From NCBI GenBank assembly GCA_949358305.1, contig OX442314.1, forward strand, positions 7,378,001-7,442,000: a DNA stretch of 64,000 nt, written 5' to 3'. Under the pieces are notes generated by a model. It searched no databases. It had not been told where the DNA came from and saw only the letters and a program-made list of their open reading frames with translations. The stretch comes from Strigamia acuminata. Taxonomy: Eukaryota. Below, piece after piece: positions 24,776-36,609 of this stretch. How positions within the stretch are numbered: the first letter of the stretch is position 1; every line of letters starts with the position of its first letter. A program made the position numbers and the translations under genes.

Positions 24776-27700
24776 TTATTTCTTCATTTGGAACCACGTC
24801 GAAAACCTTTTATTCTGATACCAAGCATAAGTGTTTAAAATGCAAACGTAGAAAGACAGCAAAGACATTCCTAAATCTAATCCTATGATGCTACCGACAT
24901 CGCTTAACAATTGAGATATCGGATACGCCTGTTGCTCTTCTATACTCTCTAAGAAAGTATCAGAGAATTCAATAGCTATTAATGTGACAGAAAAAGGAAA
25001 TAATTTATTCTCATTGCCATGAAAAACAAATTTGTGAAAAGTATTTTCGCAAGGCAGTCTACATTTGCATTGTTTTTGATTTGAGTCAAAATTCTTTAAA
25101 TATGTTAAATGAGCGGTAGTAATTTCTGCTGTTGTGTTACAAACTGGCAAGTCCGGCTTCCAGAAATAAGGTAATCTGAAACATTTATAAACTGTAGCAT
25201 GTAACTTAACTGACACAGCTAGGTGTTTTTTTATAAACAACTGGTGTATGCGTATTTACAGTTACTGTATGTGTTGCAAACAGGATAAAATCGGAATTGA
25301 TATGTGTAAAAAGTGAAGTGTCTGGATTAGCGTACCTGCAGTTAACAGTTTGAAACAGATTGTTTTGGATGCAAGCATTTTTACACTTGAGATAAGAACT
25401 TTTGTTCTGCTCACATGGATTTTGCTTTGTATTTCTTCGTATAGTCTATTTCATAAAATCGAATTAAGTTTAAATAAAAGCATGTAAGTATTGTTTGTTT
25501 AATTTATTGCCTTAAGTGCTCGAAGTGCTACTAAGTTTCCCCAATCATAGTTTAAAGTCAAAGATGCCAAAATGTTAACGTCTTCATCCAGATTATTTAG
25601 GAAAATCTAAATATTATTATTATTATTCACAATGTGTAGAGTATTTATCCATAATTAACAAAATGTTCTTTGACTAATCTTTGCATTTAATTACTCCATT
25701 GGAGTGTTGAATGCAATAAATAATAAATAAATATTACCTTCAGATCCTGGTCACATGGTTTGTGAGGAAATTCATTAGATAATGAAATAAGAAGGTAAGA
25801 ATTTAGGTCCTTTGATTTTTCTGAAAAATATTGGAAAGGTCAGGATAAAAACGTCAGATGCATGAGTTCGTAGAAAGAATTTTTAAAAGACTAATAATTC
25901 AACAACATTTGCAGAGTTTTGTGAAAATTATGCAGAATTTTGTGAAACATATGCAGAATTTAGTGTAACATATGCAGAATTTTGTGAAACATGTGCAGAA
26001 TTTTGTGAAACATGTGCAGAATTTTGTGAAACATGTGCAGAATTTTGTGAAACATATGCAGAATTTTGTGAAACATATGCAGGAGTTGATGTTTCATTCA
26101 AGGCAATTTCACCCCAAGTCATTAATCACCTACCAGCAAAAAATAGATTTGGTGATTGATGTAAATCATACAAATAGTGTTGAACACCATCAGGTCCATC
26201 CAAAATAAATTTATTCTCTTCACTTTTTTGGCCAGTTACGTGTTGTTGGATCAGCAATGATGATTTGGGGTAAAATTCCCTTGCATTTGGTCTCAAACTT
26301 TTTTCCAGCATTTATTTCCACGGGATTTATTTTCACGGGATTTATTTCCACGGGATTTATTTCCACGGGATTTATTTTCACGGGATTTATTTTCACGGGA
26401 TTTATTTCCACGGGATTTATTTCCACGGGATTTATTTCCACGGGATTTATTTCCTAGGGATTTATTTCCACGGGATTTATTTCCACGGGATTTATTTATG
26501 AGCCACAGCAACGCATGTCCGGGCACAGCTAGTACGGGAATAAAAGTGCATCTTAGAATCGATGAAATACGGTAATCAGGTGCAGATCTAGCATAGGGCT
26601 AATGGGGCTTGAGCCCCGGGCCCCCAAATTCTAGGGGCCCCCCAAGACACAGGGCAATGTACTAAAAAAAAATAAAAAAAAGGTTGCTAAAAATAAGAAA
26701 AACTAAGAAAGGTCGCTATTAAAAATTTCGATAAAGGTGCCCCGAAAAAACCTCAAGCCCCGGGTTCCCGAAAAGCTATATCCGCCCCTGACGGTAATGC
26801 TGTTAATAAATGCCATAATAAAAACTAAGGGTGAAGCTGGGTGGTAAAGAGTGACAATAATAAAAACATAAATTGAACGCAAAACCACATTACAATTACC
26901 TATGTTAACTCGTGAACAATTACCGAAAGGAAGTGGAATAGTATGCTTTGATATATTTAATTTAATTTTATATCCATACAACACCTACAAAAATAATAAT
27001 TTTTATTCATTGTCATTTGTTTTTGGATAATATAAAATACTAGAATACCTCATTCTCAATATCAATGATATCATGGACATTGAGTGTTTCCCAGATTTCT
27101 TCCAGTGACAATTCGTTGCTGAACAATTGCCAGGGCGATATTTCGTTGCAAGTTTTGTTGGTTTGTTTCAGTAAGTTTGATCTGGCTTCGTCCATGGCAT
27201 CATTTTGGTTTTCACCACAGACCGTGACTGACTGAAATTCTGTGTAGCGACGTTGAACTATTCTAACCATTGTTGTTACTGGTTCATCAAAGTAGTAGTT
27301 GATACGAATTTGCAACCAATATAAAGTGAATCCCGCAGTCACAAATACTAGCATAAACTTAAGTTTTTTTAAGACACCAAATGTCGTAGTTTGCTCTTTA
27401 TTCTCAACGATTTTTTTCTTGCATATCTCGTACAGAGGGCGAATCTTATCAACGGATGTTTTTCGGTGAATGTTTTTTGCAACATAATGTAAATACCAAG
27501 TGAGTTCAGGTAATGAAATTAACGCTAGGCCAAAAAACAGGCCAAGATTGCCTCCTAAATCTGCCAGTAGGGCAATTGCGTCGTACGTGTATCGCTCTTC
27601 ATACACACTAATTTTGTCATTAGCAATTGCTAGAGATACAGATGCAGTTTTTTTATCATCTGCTATGCCTATTTCAGTGGTAGATGTAAAGGTTATTTGA

Positions 27701-30095
27701 TGACATGGACGTTTACAGCGACAAACATTAATGGGATTTGTGGTTTGAATCAACTGCGTTGTAGCAAAATAATGCATCCGTATGTCCACTAAACATTTGC
27801 AAAGCGGCAAATCGATCTTCATGAAGGGAAACCTTTAATGGAAGATTTGTAATCATTATTTTTTTATACAGGGTGGTGCAGAAAGTTTGGTTCACAGTAA
27901 ATAATTCCCAAACTGTTCTAGATGTTGATTCAGCAAAATGATTGTAAGAGTACAGAATAGTATGTCAGGGAAATCCAATTATGACATCCAATCTGAGGTC
28001 ATCTTCAAGGGCATCTATATTGTAACTCAAGAACTGTGACAGTTAGAGCAAAAAAGTGAATTAGAAAGTTGTAGAGCATCATCCAATTAGTCTAGAACTG
28101 TTCTTAAAAAAATTATTTTTTACTGAAAAGTTTTGAAAAAAAAGGTCTGAAACATTAGTTTACTCAGCATTGTAACTCAGCTTTGTAACCTAAAAGTATT
28201 GAGGCAACCAAGCTAATCCTCAATTAGGACACTTTATTCGGTCATACTTGTAAGTGGAAGAGAGGAAACACAAAAGAAAAGAAATAATTTATTTTGTAAA
28301 TACATTCCACATGGTAGTTTTAGGTTACTAACATTTCAAATTTTTTTTCTCAAAACTTTTCGGTAAGAGATAATTTTTTTAAGAACAGTTCTAGACTAAT
28401 TGGATGATGCTCTACAACTTTCTAATTCACTTTTTTGCTCTAACTGTCACGGTTCTCGAGTTACAATATGGATGACCTTGAAGATGATCTCAGAGGTCAA
28501 ATTGGATGTCATAATTGGATTTCCCCCGACATACTACTCTTACAATCATTTTGCTGAATCAACATCTAGAACAGTTTGGGAATCATTTACTGTGAACCAG
28601 ACTTTCTGCACCAATTGGACAGGTATGACATGGGGAACGGAATTGAAATTGGGAATGGAATGTAAAACAAACAACAAACAAACAATGTGATTCAACATGT
28701 GTAGCCATGTTGTCTGTTGACGACACAATACAATCCAACAAAATTAGAACTCAAAGTGCGCGTAATAACAAGAAAACTTTCTGCAGTTGGAACCTTATAC
28801 TAAGTTTAGTAGGTTCCCGCAACCCATTTCTTACTTTTCCCATCACAAACCAATACTCACAGCAAATACAAACAACAACAAAACCAGAAATGACACTCAC
28901 AAATTCCCCCAACCTCATCTAAACACACAACACAAACATTCCTTCATCTCTGGACGTAGTTGTACGTTTGGCATAGTAGGGACTCTGCCCCTTTGCAATT
29001 TGTTTGATTTCTTACCTGCATGGTAGCTTCTTCAATTTCTTCAATAGACACTTCCGATAGCATTCTCTGTATTCGTCTTCACCGGAGCATTCATTTATTG
29101 GTGAATTCAGAAAAATAAACTAAAATTTTTGAATAAAATAAGGTGATGCATAGCAATTTTCGTTCTTTGATAAAATTTTACTTTGTTATAACTTAAATAA
29201 ACTTTTGTTGTTCCACCGGCATATTGTATTCCCACCCCAAAACTTTTTCCAAAATCGTAGAGATGAATGAAAATCTAAGGGCAAAAGAAAGAAAAGTAGA
29301 GAACAATTATTTTTGCAATTTATTAAAATTACACTGTATATCGATACAGGGCATATGTCATCATAACTTGCTATTTTAACTGTTACGACTTGTCCAACTA
29401 AAGATTCGCTAGATGTCTTAGCTATATATCAATAAATAATAAAATGCTTTGAAATTGATATTGGTAAATTTTTTATTATACTTACAAAATTGAATTGATG
29501 AGCATATACCAAGTTGATTGATCATTTCTGTCGAAACAAATGTTTTGTTTGAATTAGAATATCCCTATGCAAAATAAAGAAATTTAAATAATTTTTTTAA
29601 CTTATTAGAAATTACTTAATTCCATCTTTTTACTTTAATTTTTACGCTCACTACTTCTTTAGTCAAATTACTCGCTTTCCAAATTTCCTCTAGATTGTAA
29701 GTTGGGATTTCCATCAGTGCATTCACCATTTTCATGCAGTCGACACGTGAAGGTTGGGATTTTGCGTTAGTTTTATTCCAAAGTCCGGCTATTTCTTTCG
29801 TATTGCTACCGCATATCGTCAAACTTGGTAAAACGACCTCTTCCGACCTACTCGTTACATCAACAGCCGTAGGATAACTTAAGTAATGCATTATCCTATC
29901 GTAAGTCTGATAAGTGAGCATGCACGTGCAAAATGAGAATAAAAGTAGCCAAATGGTGTGACGCTTTGTCCAATGTTTTCTGCTGTTAATGAAATCATCC
30001 AAACCAACTAAGTTGCATCGAAGTGTATTTGCATCATCCTTCAACAATCGATGAATTGCAGGACGTAGTCTCCTCACCAAATTATTATTCCGCAT
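24776..30095 (-). CDS. Tandem two-repeat DEG/ENaC channel, copy A (11 exons, 794 aa)
   Basis: Exons 30095-29634, 29564-29486, 29421-29333, 29274-29182, 29119-29016, 27832-27049, 26984-26900, 25820-25738, 25606-25511 (GC donor), 25445-25336, 25175-24776 join without stops. TM1a WLLLFSFC..YLSYPT, GIC, CRCKRPC, TM2a LLADLGGNLGLFFGLA, TM1b, GNC, CKCRLPC, TM2b LLSDVGSIIGLDLGMS. Confidence 0.88.
25910..26080. repeat. 21-bp minisatellite (gcagaattttgtgaaacatat)
   Basis: About 8 units; only about 3-4 in the paralogous intron at 59637-59703. Confidence 0.85.
26310..26495. repeat. 15-bp minisatellite (tttatttccacggga)
   Basis: About 12 units; shorter degenerate array at 61010-61095. Confidence 0.88.
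26577..26790. mobile_element. hAT-type MITE
   Basis: 8-bp TSD acggtaat on both sides; imperfect TIR caggtgcagatctag / ctatatccgcccctg; empty site in paralogue D near 61170. Confidence 0.85.
27869..28613. mobile_element. Long-TIR foldback Tc1/mariner-like MITE (right tip lost) in ENaC-A intron 5
   Basis: ta|cagggtggtgcagaaagtttggttcacagta...; about 270-bp inverted arms; shares the gaaagttgtagagca motif with 35858-36609. Confidence 0.75.
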
Positions 30096-30145
30096 TGTAT
30101 CTTATTTAAATCCAAGGTTTATTCTGGAATGACAATTGATGATTA

Positions 30146-30359
30146 CCGTATTTTGTCGATTAATAGCCGCGGCTTTTATTCAAAACTGCCATTTTTGTCA
30201 GCATATACAGTTTCGGTTTTTCATTTGTTACATTTGTTTAATGTAACAAACGAAGTCTGAACGTCACAAACAAAGCGTACATTTATCGTTCGTAAGGTTA
30301 AATACTACTATTCGAGGGCGGCTACAATTCGAGGGCGACTCTTAATCCGTAAAATACGG
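30146..30359. mobile_element. TA-flanked MITE (ccgtatttt TIR) just upstream of ENaC-A
   Basis: ta|ccgtattttgtcgattaa ... ttaatccgtaaaatacgg|ta; paralogous copy at about 63769-64000 upstream of ENaC-D. Confidence 0.7.
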
Positions 30360-30438
30360 TATAAACAATTTAATTATTGAATAGAATAAGTGTAGATATC
30401 ATGATCTTTTTACCTGCTTTTGGTGGTGTGAAAAGGTA

Positions 30439-30710
30439 CAGTCGTATTCAAAAAAATTGGACCCTCACTCTAAGCTGGCCATTGAGATTGCGAGTACTTT
30501 TGTGTCTTGCCTTTAGGTTAAACATCAGACATCAGCAGGTGATAATAAGTTACTTGCATACCCTTGTCTGCTATGCAAGTATTATACTATGGTAGTACAA
30601 GTATTATCACCTGTTGATGTCTGGTGTTTCACCTAGTGGCAAAATATTAACTTACTCACAATGTTACTTGCCAGCATAGAATGAGGGTCCAGTTTTTATG
30701 AACACGACTG
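30439..30710. mobile_element. Tc1/mariner-like foldback MITE
   Basis: ta|cagtcgtattcaaaaaaattggaccctca ... tgagggtccagtttttatgaacacgactg|ta; same family as 2791-3240. Confidence 0.8.
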
Positions 30711-31104
30711 TAAAACATACATATCTGCATGTTATTTGATGTTTCTCTGTGCTGTGAGTTTAGAATTGACTGTAAATTCTTCTTTCTCTTGCTAATTTGT
30801 ACCACTTTTTTCCACATAACTAAATCTTGTTAAAACCTTGCGAAATATGTGAAATAAATCGAAAGGCCGATCATACAAGAGTGGAGAAACTAAACGACAC
30901 CAATTATCGTACAAGGAGAATGCAGCTCCGAGGCGCAATGTGCGCAGGAGAACTTTGGGATATAGGTAAAACAAAAATCCCTCGACCCGTTGCAGTACCG
31001 GGTGACGCCGATTCGAAAGTCAAATTGGCCGACTGGATTAAAAAAAACCAGTAAGGCCGAAAACGATATCGTGACATTGGTTGGATTAGACGAAATGCGT
31101 TATA

Positions 31105-31535
31105 CAGGGTGGAAGAAAAGTCTGTTCTCCTCAAATATTTCCTGAGCAATTGCATCTAGGCCAACTTTGATGAAGCGATCATACAGAAAGTTGGGTGAGA
31201 GCAATCCAATGATGTCATCAAATTTGACCTTGAAGGCCATTTTCAAAATCATTCACTTGCTAACTTCTAAACCAATCAGGTTAGAGCGAAATTTTCAATA
31301 AGAAAGTTGTAGAGCACCATCAAATTAGTACTATCCAATTTATCCTAGTCACCTTAAGTTAACTGTTTTTTTTTTAAAAATAAGGAAAACAAATAAGCAA
31401 ATTGAAATTTTTTTCTTCTCATGAAAATAAAATAATTTAGATATAAAAAAAATGTGGTTTTTCTTGTTTACTTGCATAGTAATGCAAATTTGAATACATT
31501 TATTACAGAAATTCAGTACTTTTGCAGTAGAAATC
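31105..31535. mobile_element. Truncated half of the long-TIR MITE seen intact at 35858-36609
   Basis: ta|cagggtggaagaaaagtctgtt...; near-identical to the reverse complement of about 36180-36609. Confidence 0.8.
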
Positions 31536-31549
31536 TAATGCAATCCTGG

Positions 31550-32162
31550 TGTTGTGACCGCTTGGCCACCCAAGCGGTGACCTGCGTCACTGCAACACAT
31601 CGCCCAGTGGCCCTAAGGTCATCCCCTTGGTGGGTGGACTGACCCAGAGTAGGGAAGGACGGAGCTGAGTGGTGTGATGAGAGAGAGAGATTGTCACCAA
31701 CCGTGACATGAGGGAGAGCATGAACACTGTAGAAAGAAGACGTGTTAAGAAGGTCCTGATGCCAGCAATGACAACCATGCCCGGTGCTGACTCTGCTCTC
31801 CTCACCATTCACCATTAAGACGCTCAGTAGTATGGTGATTGGTCTGCTATAGCCTCCATGAGTGACTGCATGGGTCGTACACGGGTATGTACGATACGAA
31901 TGTTATGTTTAACCGACCTCATCATACATGAGGTTTACACCCTGTATGTGACACAGCATGATGCATTTTGTATGGACCACCCACTGGTCACTCCCCTTTC
32001 CCTTTTACCCTTCACTTCCTATTCAACTAGAATAAACGTTGGTCGCAGCACACGTTGCTCTGCGACTATACTAAAGCATATCTACCTGAATTTATCACAT
32101 CCACCATCAAAACCTAACAAACCAGTCCCCATGTTACCTTGACAAAGACCATACCAGTCACA
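31550..32162 (+). mobile_element. Solo LTR (TG..CA, 4-bp TSD ctgg)
   Basis: ctgg|tgttgtgaccgc ... ccagtcaca|ctgg; aataaa at about 32030; related copy in the opposite orientation at 45826-46417; empty-site-like sequence at about 46607-46645. Confidence 0.75.
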
Positions 32163-33070
32163 CTGGTTTGGCCTACTTTTTGTATCACAATTCAAAACAC
32201 AAGTGAGATAGCTTGGCCAATGGGAGTTTGGCTACACTTGGAGTGGGTTTGAGTATATATTAGTTTCTTACCTGCTTATGATCGTGTGGAAAGGTGCCTG
32301 CAAGTTATTTCACGTCTACCAGTGCTATGAGTTCAGAATAGACTGTTTTTTCTTTGTTTACTGTAATTTTATATTTTCCATAGTAACTCTTTGTATGGTG
32401 ATTATTGATTTCCATTAACGTGTCTTTTGTGAGTGAAAATCCAATTAAGCTTTCTTAAGAAAGCTTAATTGGATTTTTCGCACCGTGTATAATTATTTAC
32501 GGTTAAAATTCTGTTGAAAAGAATTGCAAGATTAATATACCTAGAACCGCCTATTTCTAGCACGGACAAGCTACAGTAATTTGACGAAGAGGAAAATGAA
32601 TTATTAATTACAATACAATCAATTTTTGAAGTAAACTTCTTTGGCGCAGCAGAGACGCCAAACTGGAAATGACAATGACATGAGGGGTTAACACTGGAAA
32701 AAAATATCGCTTTACACGTTTTTTAATTGCTGAAAAGTTAATGTAAATTTGAACTTTCGGCTTTGTAAAGTCACATTTACAAAGATTGTAAATTTTTGTT
32801 TTAAACAATAACTTTACAAAATTAAAACGACATTTTACAATGAACACGCACAATAACTTAACAGTTTGTAAATTTCGAATTTGTCAGATTTAACAATAAA
32901 TTTATTTTAAATTTATTTTTAAATTTGTCAGATTTAACAATAAATTTAATTTAAATTTAATTTTAAATTTGTCAGTTTTAACAATTAGGCATGTGCGAAT
33001 TTGCGATTAATCGCAATGGGATTTTTTTTGGATGAATATCGCAGCTACTTAACTGTTGTTATAAAAACCA

Positions 33071-33140
33071 TAACTATAACTATAACTATTACTATAACTA
33101 TTACTATGACTATAACTATAACTATAACTAACTAACTATA
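33071..33140. repeat. (TAACTA)n microsatellite
   Basis: Direct reading. Confidence 0.85.
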
Positions 33141-33686
33141 ATGTTGCGAGCTTAAAAAGACCGATTGAAGTTTTCGTGCATTCAAATACGATGTCTACGT
33201 CACAAAACATGTGCTTTAATATATTTATAAGTAGGATTTGTAAACCTTTAAGGAGTTGAATGGGAAACACAAAAGATCACACTGGTGCGGCTAGACCAGA
33301 AACCATTCCATTAACTTTTAAAATAATGACACTTTCTAGTGCACGTCAAACTAACAATTCGCGTTCATTAATTATAGACCATTTTTTAATTTGTGATGCA
33401 ACAGATTTCATGTGGATAGCTTTATTGAAGTTATATTTTATGATCAGGAAAGATCAAAACAGTGCATATGATTTGAAGACGAGTTACATAAAGATAAATA
33501 ACTTGAAAATTATTTTTATAATAAATGAAGTAAACTTTATGACAAATGTAACTTTTAAAAACTAATATGCATTTTATATCTTAAACATATGGTAGCCAAA
33601 CTATTTCCTTTTAAATTTAGGACTAACATGTGACGTATGGATAGCTTTTACGTAGCTATATTTCATTGCTTCTTTTAGAACCAAAT

Positions 33687-34472
33687 TTACTCAATCCTAA
33701 TCTTATACCAATTATAAGTGTTTAAAATGCAAATGTAGAGAGACAGTAATGACATTCCCAAACCTAATCCTACAATACTACCGACATCGCTTAACAATTG
33801 AGACATTGGATAAACTTCTTGCTCTTCTATACTCTCCAACAGTGTATCAGGGAATTCAATATTTATCATTGTCACATAATTAATAAATTTTGATCCGTGC
33901 AAAACATATTTGTAAAAACTATTTTCACATGGTAATTTACATTTGCATTGTTTTTGATTTGAATCAAAATTCTTTAGATACATTAAATGAACAGAAGTAG
34001 ATTCGTTTGTTGTGTTACAAACTGGCAGATTCGGCCTCCAGAAATAAGGCAATCTGAAACTAAGCTTGAAATTTACTTACAACCATGCATATAGTTTATT
34101 TGCTGAATGAACTAGATGTGTTCATACTGTGTATGTACTGTATGTTGCAAATACAATTCAATTAGAATTGAGATATTAAAAAGTGAAATATCTAAACCGA
34201 CATACCTGCAGGTAACATTTTGAACTAAATTGTTTCTCATGCAAGCTTTTTTACACTTTAAATAAGCACTTTTGTTCTTTTCACATGGATTACGCTTTGT
34301 ATTTCTTTGAATAGTCTATTTTATAAAATCAAGGTAGTTAAGTTTAGGCATTTATATAATTTGTTTAATTTTCTACCTTAGATTCTCTAAGTGTTACCAT
34401 GTTCCACCAATGATAGTTTACAGCTAACGGTGCCAGAATATTAACCTCTTCTTCTAGATTATTTGGGAAAAA
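33687..34472 (-). CDS. Orphan block of ENaC exons 9-11 (copy B): partial gene or alternative 3' module of copy C
   Basis: Exons 34472-34377, 34315-34206, 34053-33687 have intact GT-AG sites, correct phases and no stops (..CKCKLPCE..LLSDVGSIVGLGLGMSLLS); no matching exons 1-8 found between 34472 and 40315. Confidence 0.7.
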
Positions 34473-34979
34473 CTAAATATTCAAAAGTAGGTGAATAAGT
34501 ATGTACACTTATCCATAAATCACAAGATATACAGGTTTGGACAATAATACAGTAAACCAGAAGTTTGAATAAAATTTATCTTTGGGAACAAAAACTCCCA
34601 CAGATTGTGTTCACAAATTGCAGGGCCGCTGCTGAAATGTATGGCGTTTTTACGCAAAGACTAATATGGCGCCTTCCCCCTCCCTTGATTTTTTGGTACG
34701 GCGACGTTTCATCGCGGCTAGGTAATCGCACGGACAAGTAATTGCGCGGGCATGTAATCGCATAAAAAGTAATAGCGTGGTCAACTTATCAGGGCGACTA
34801 TTGGGCGGTTGTCAAGTAATTGCTTGATTCATTGCGTAATTCATCGCATTCCAAAAACCTTTCAAAAAGATTGCTGCAATCCGGGTTATTTCGAACAAAT
34901 TAAAAATTAATCTGCTCGAGTTACCGCAGGTGAATGCTATGAAAGACTTATATCGCGGCCTTAAAATTATCTAGGGTTA

Positions 34980-35750
34980 ATTTACGGAAATAAAAGACAA
35001 GTTTTATTAATTCAAATGCACACTTTTTATATACGGTTTTATACAATGACTAGTAATAAAAAGAGGAATAAAATATGATTAAAAGCGACAAGTCACTTTA
35101 TAATGTTAAAGAACAATGGAAAGGCCTGCAACGACTGTTGCAAGCTAAAAGCGCTAAAATGGCGCTTAAACAACGAATGTTGTTAGAAGACTAAGTCTTC
35201 GCGGGAAACTCACGAACGATGGTCGGCAACGATGGTTCTCGTGAGCTCTTCTGCAGCACGTACGACGGCTCGGTGGCGGTGGTTCACGACTACAGGCGTC
35301 CGGTCAGCGTACGATGGCGTCGGCGGGTGTTCGCGCACTCGTCTCGGCGATGGTTCACGTTGAGCGGGAACTTCTTACTACGATGCGGGAAATTAGCTGC
35401 GGCTAATTCTCGCAGATAAGCTGGCTTTGCACGGGTTGCACAAAGTAAGCTTGGTGAAACTTAAACGACTCACGGTCCTCTGTCAATACTTTTCTTGGTG
35501 AAATAGCAGTGATGGTGAGGGTTGTGATGTTTGTCTAAGAGTCCCGATTGAAGCTTGGGCGCGAGCCCGGCACGCTTCAATATTGCGCAGATAATCTGCG
35601 CAATTAGCTGAAACTGGTGCAACAAAGGATTATTACATCGTATTGCACCATAACGGCTAATCGCCGTTTTCACCCCAGCCAACCTGAGGTGATATGTGCC
35701 TAGGGAAGATTTCTCCCCTTAGTCACATGATCTGACTTGGCGTGTGCCAC
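34980..35750 (-). mobile_element. Possible solo LTR or retroelement remnant
   Basis: GC-richer non-coding island that starts TGTGGCAC on the minus strand, with polyA-signal-like motifs near the other end; no clear TSD. Confidence 0.3.
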
Positions 35751-35857
35751 AGTCAAATTACTTAAAAGACAAATAAATTTATCTTCTAAGTGGTGAAATA
35801 GTTTGAGATCACCACAAGATTCTATATACATAAGTTCTGTACAGGTACTAAGTTATA

Positions 35858-36609
35858 CACGGTGAAAGAAAAGTCTGTTTCCCTCAAATATTTCCTGAGC
35901 AATTGCATCTAGGCCAACTTTGATGAAACGATCGTATAGGAAGTTGGGTGAGAGCAATCCAATGATTTCATAAAATTTGACCTTGAAGGCCATTTTCAAA
36001 GTCATTTACTTGCTAACTTCTAAACCAATCAGATTAGAGAAAAATTTTCAATTACAAAGTTGTAGAGCACCATCAAATTAGTACTATCCAACTTATCTGA
36101 GTCATCTTAAGTTAAATGTTTTCGTTTTAAAATGAAAACAAATCTGCTGAAATAAAGCCAGTCATTGTGTAAAAATTAAATTTCTACTGCAAAAGTACTG
36201 AATTTCTTCAATTAATGTATTCAAATTTGCATCATTATGCAAGTAAACAAGAAAAAAAACTGTTTTTTTTAATGTCTAAATTATTTTATTTTCATAATAA
36301 GAAAAAATTTCAATTTGCTGATTTGTTTTCCTTATTTGTTTAAAAAAACAGTTAACTTAAGGTGACTAAGATGAATTTGATAGTACTAATTTGATGGTGC
36401 TCTACAACTTTCTGATTGAAGATTTTGCTCTAACCTGATTGGTTTAGAAGTTAGCAAGTGAATAACCTTGAAAATGGCCTTCAAGGTCAAATTTGATGAC
36501 ATTATTGGATTGCTCTCACCCAACTTTCTATATGATCGCTTCATCAAAGTTGGCTTCGATGCAATTGCTCAGGAAATATTTGAGGGGAACAGACTTTTCT
36601 TCCACCCTG
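35858..36609. mobile_element. Long-TIR foldback Tc1/mariner-like MITE
   Basis: ta|cacggtgaaagaaaagtctgttt ... aacagacttttcttccaccctg|ta; about 260-bp inverted arms. Confidence 0.85.

Noticed and set aside
27040..27822. Reading the ENaC halves as two separate adjacent genes
   Set aside because: No stop, intron or intergenic gap between TM2a and TM1b in any of the three paralogues.
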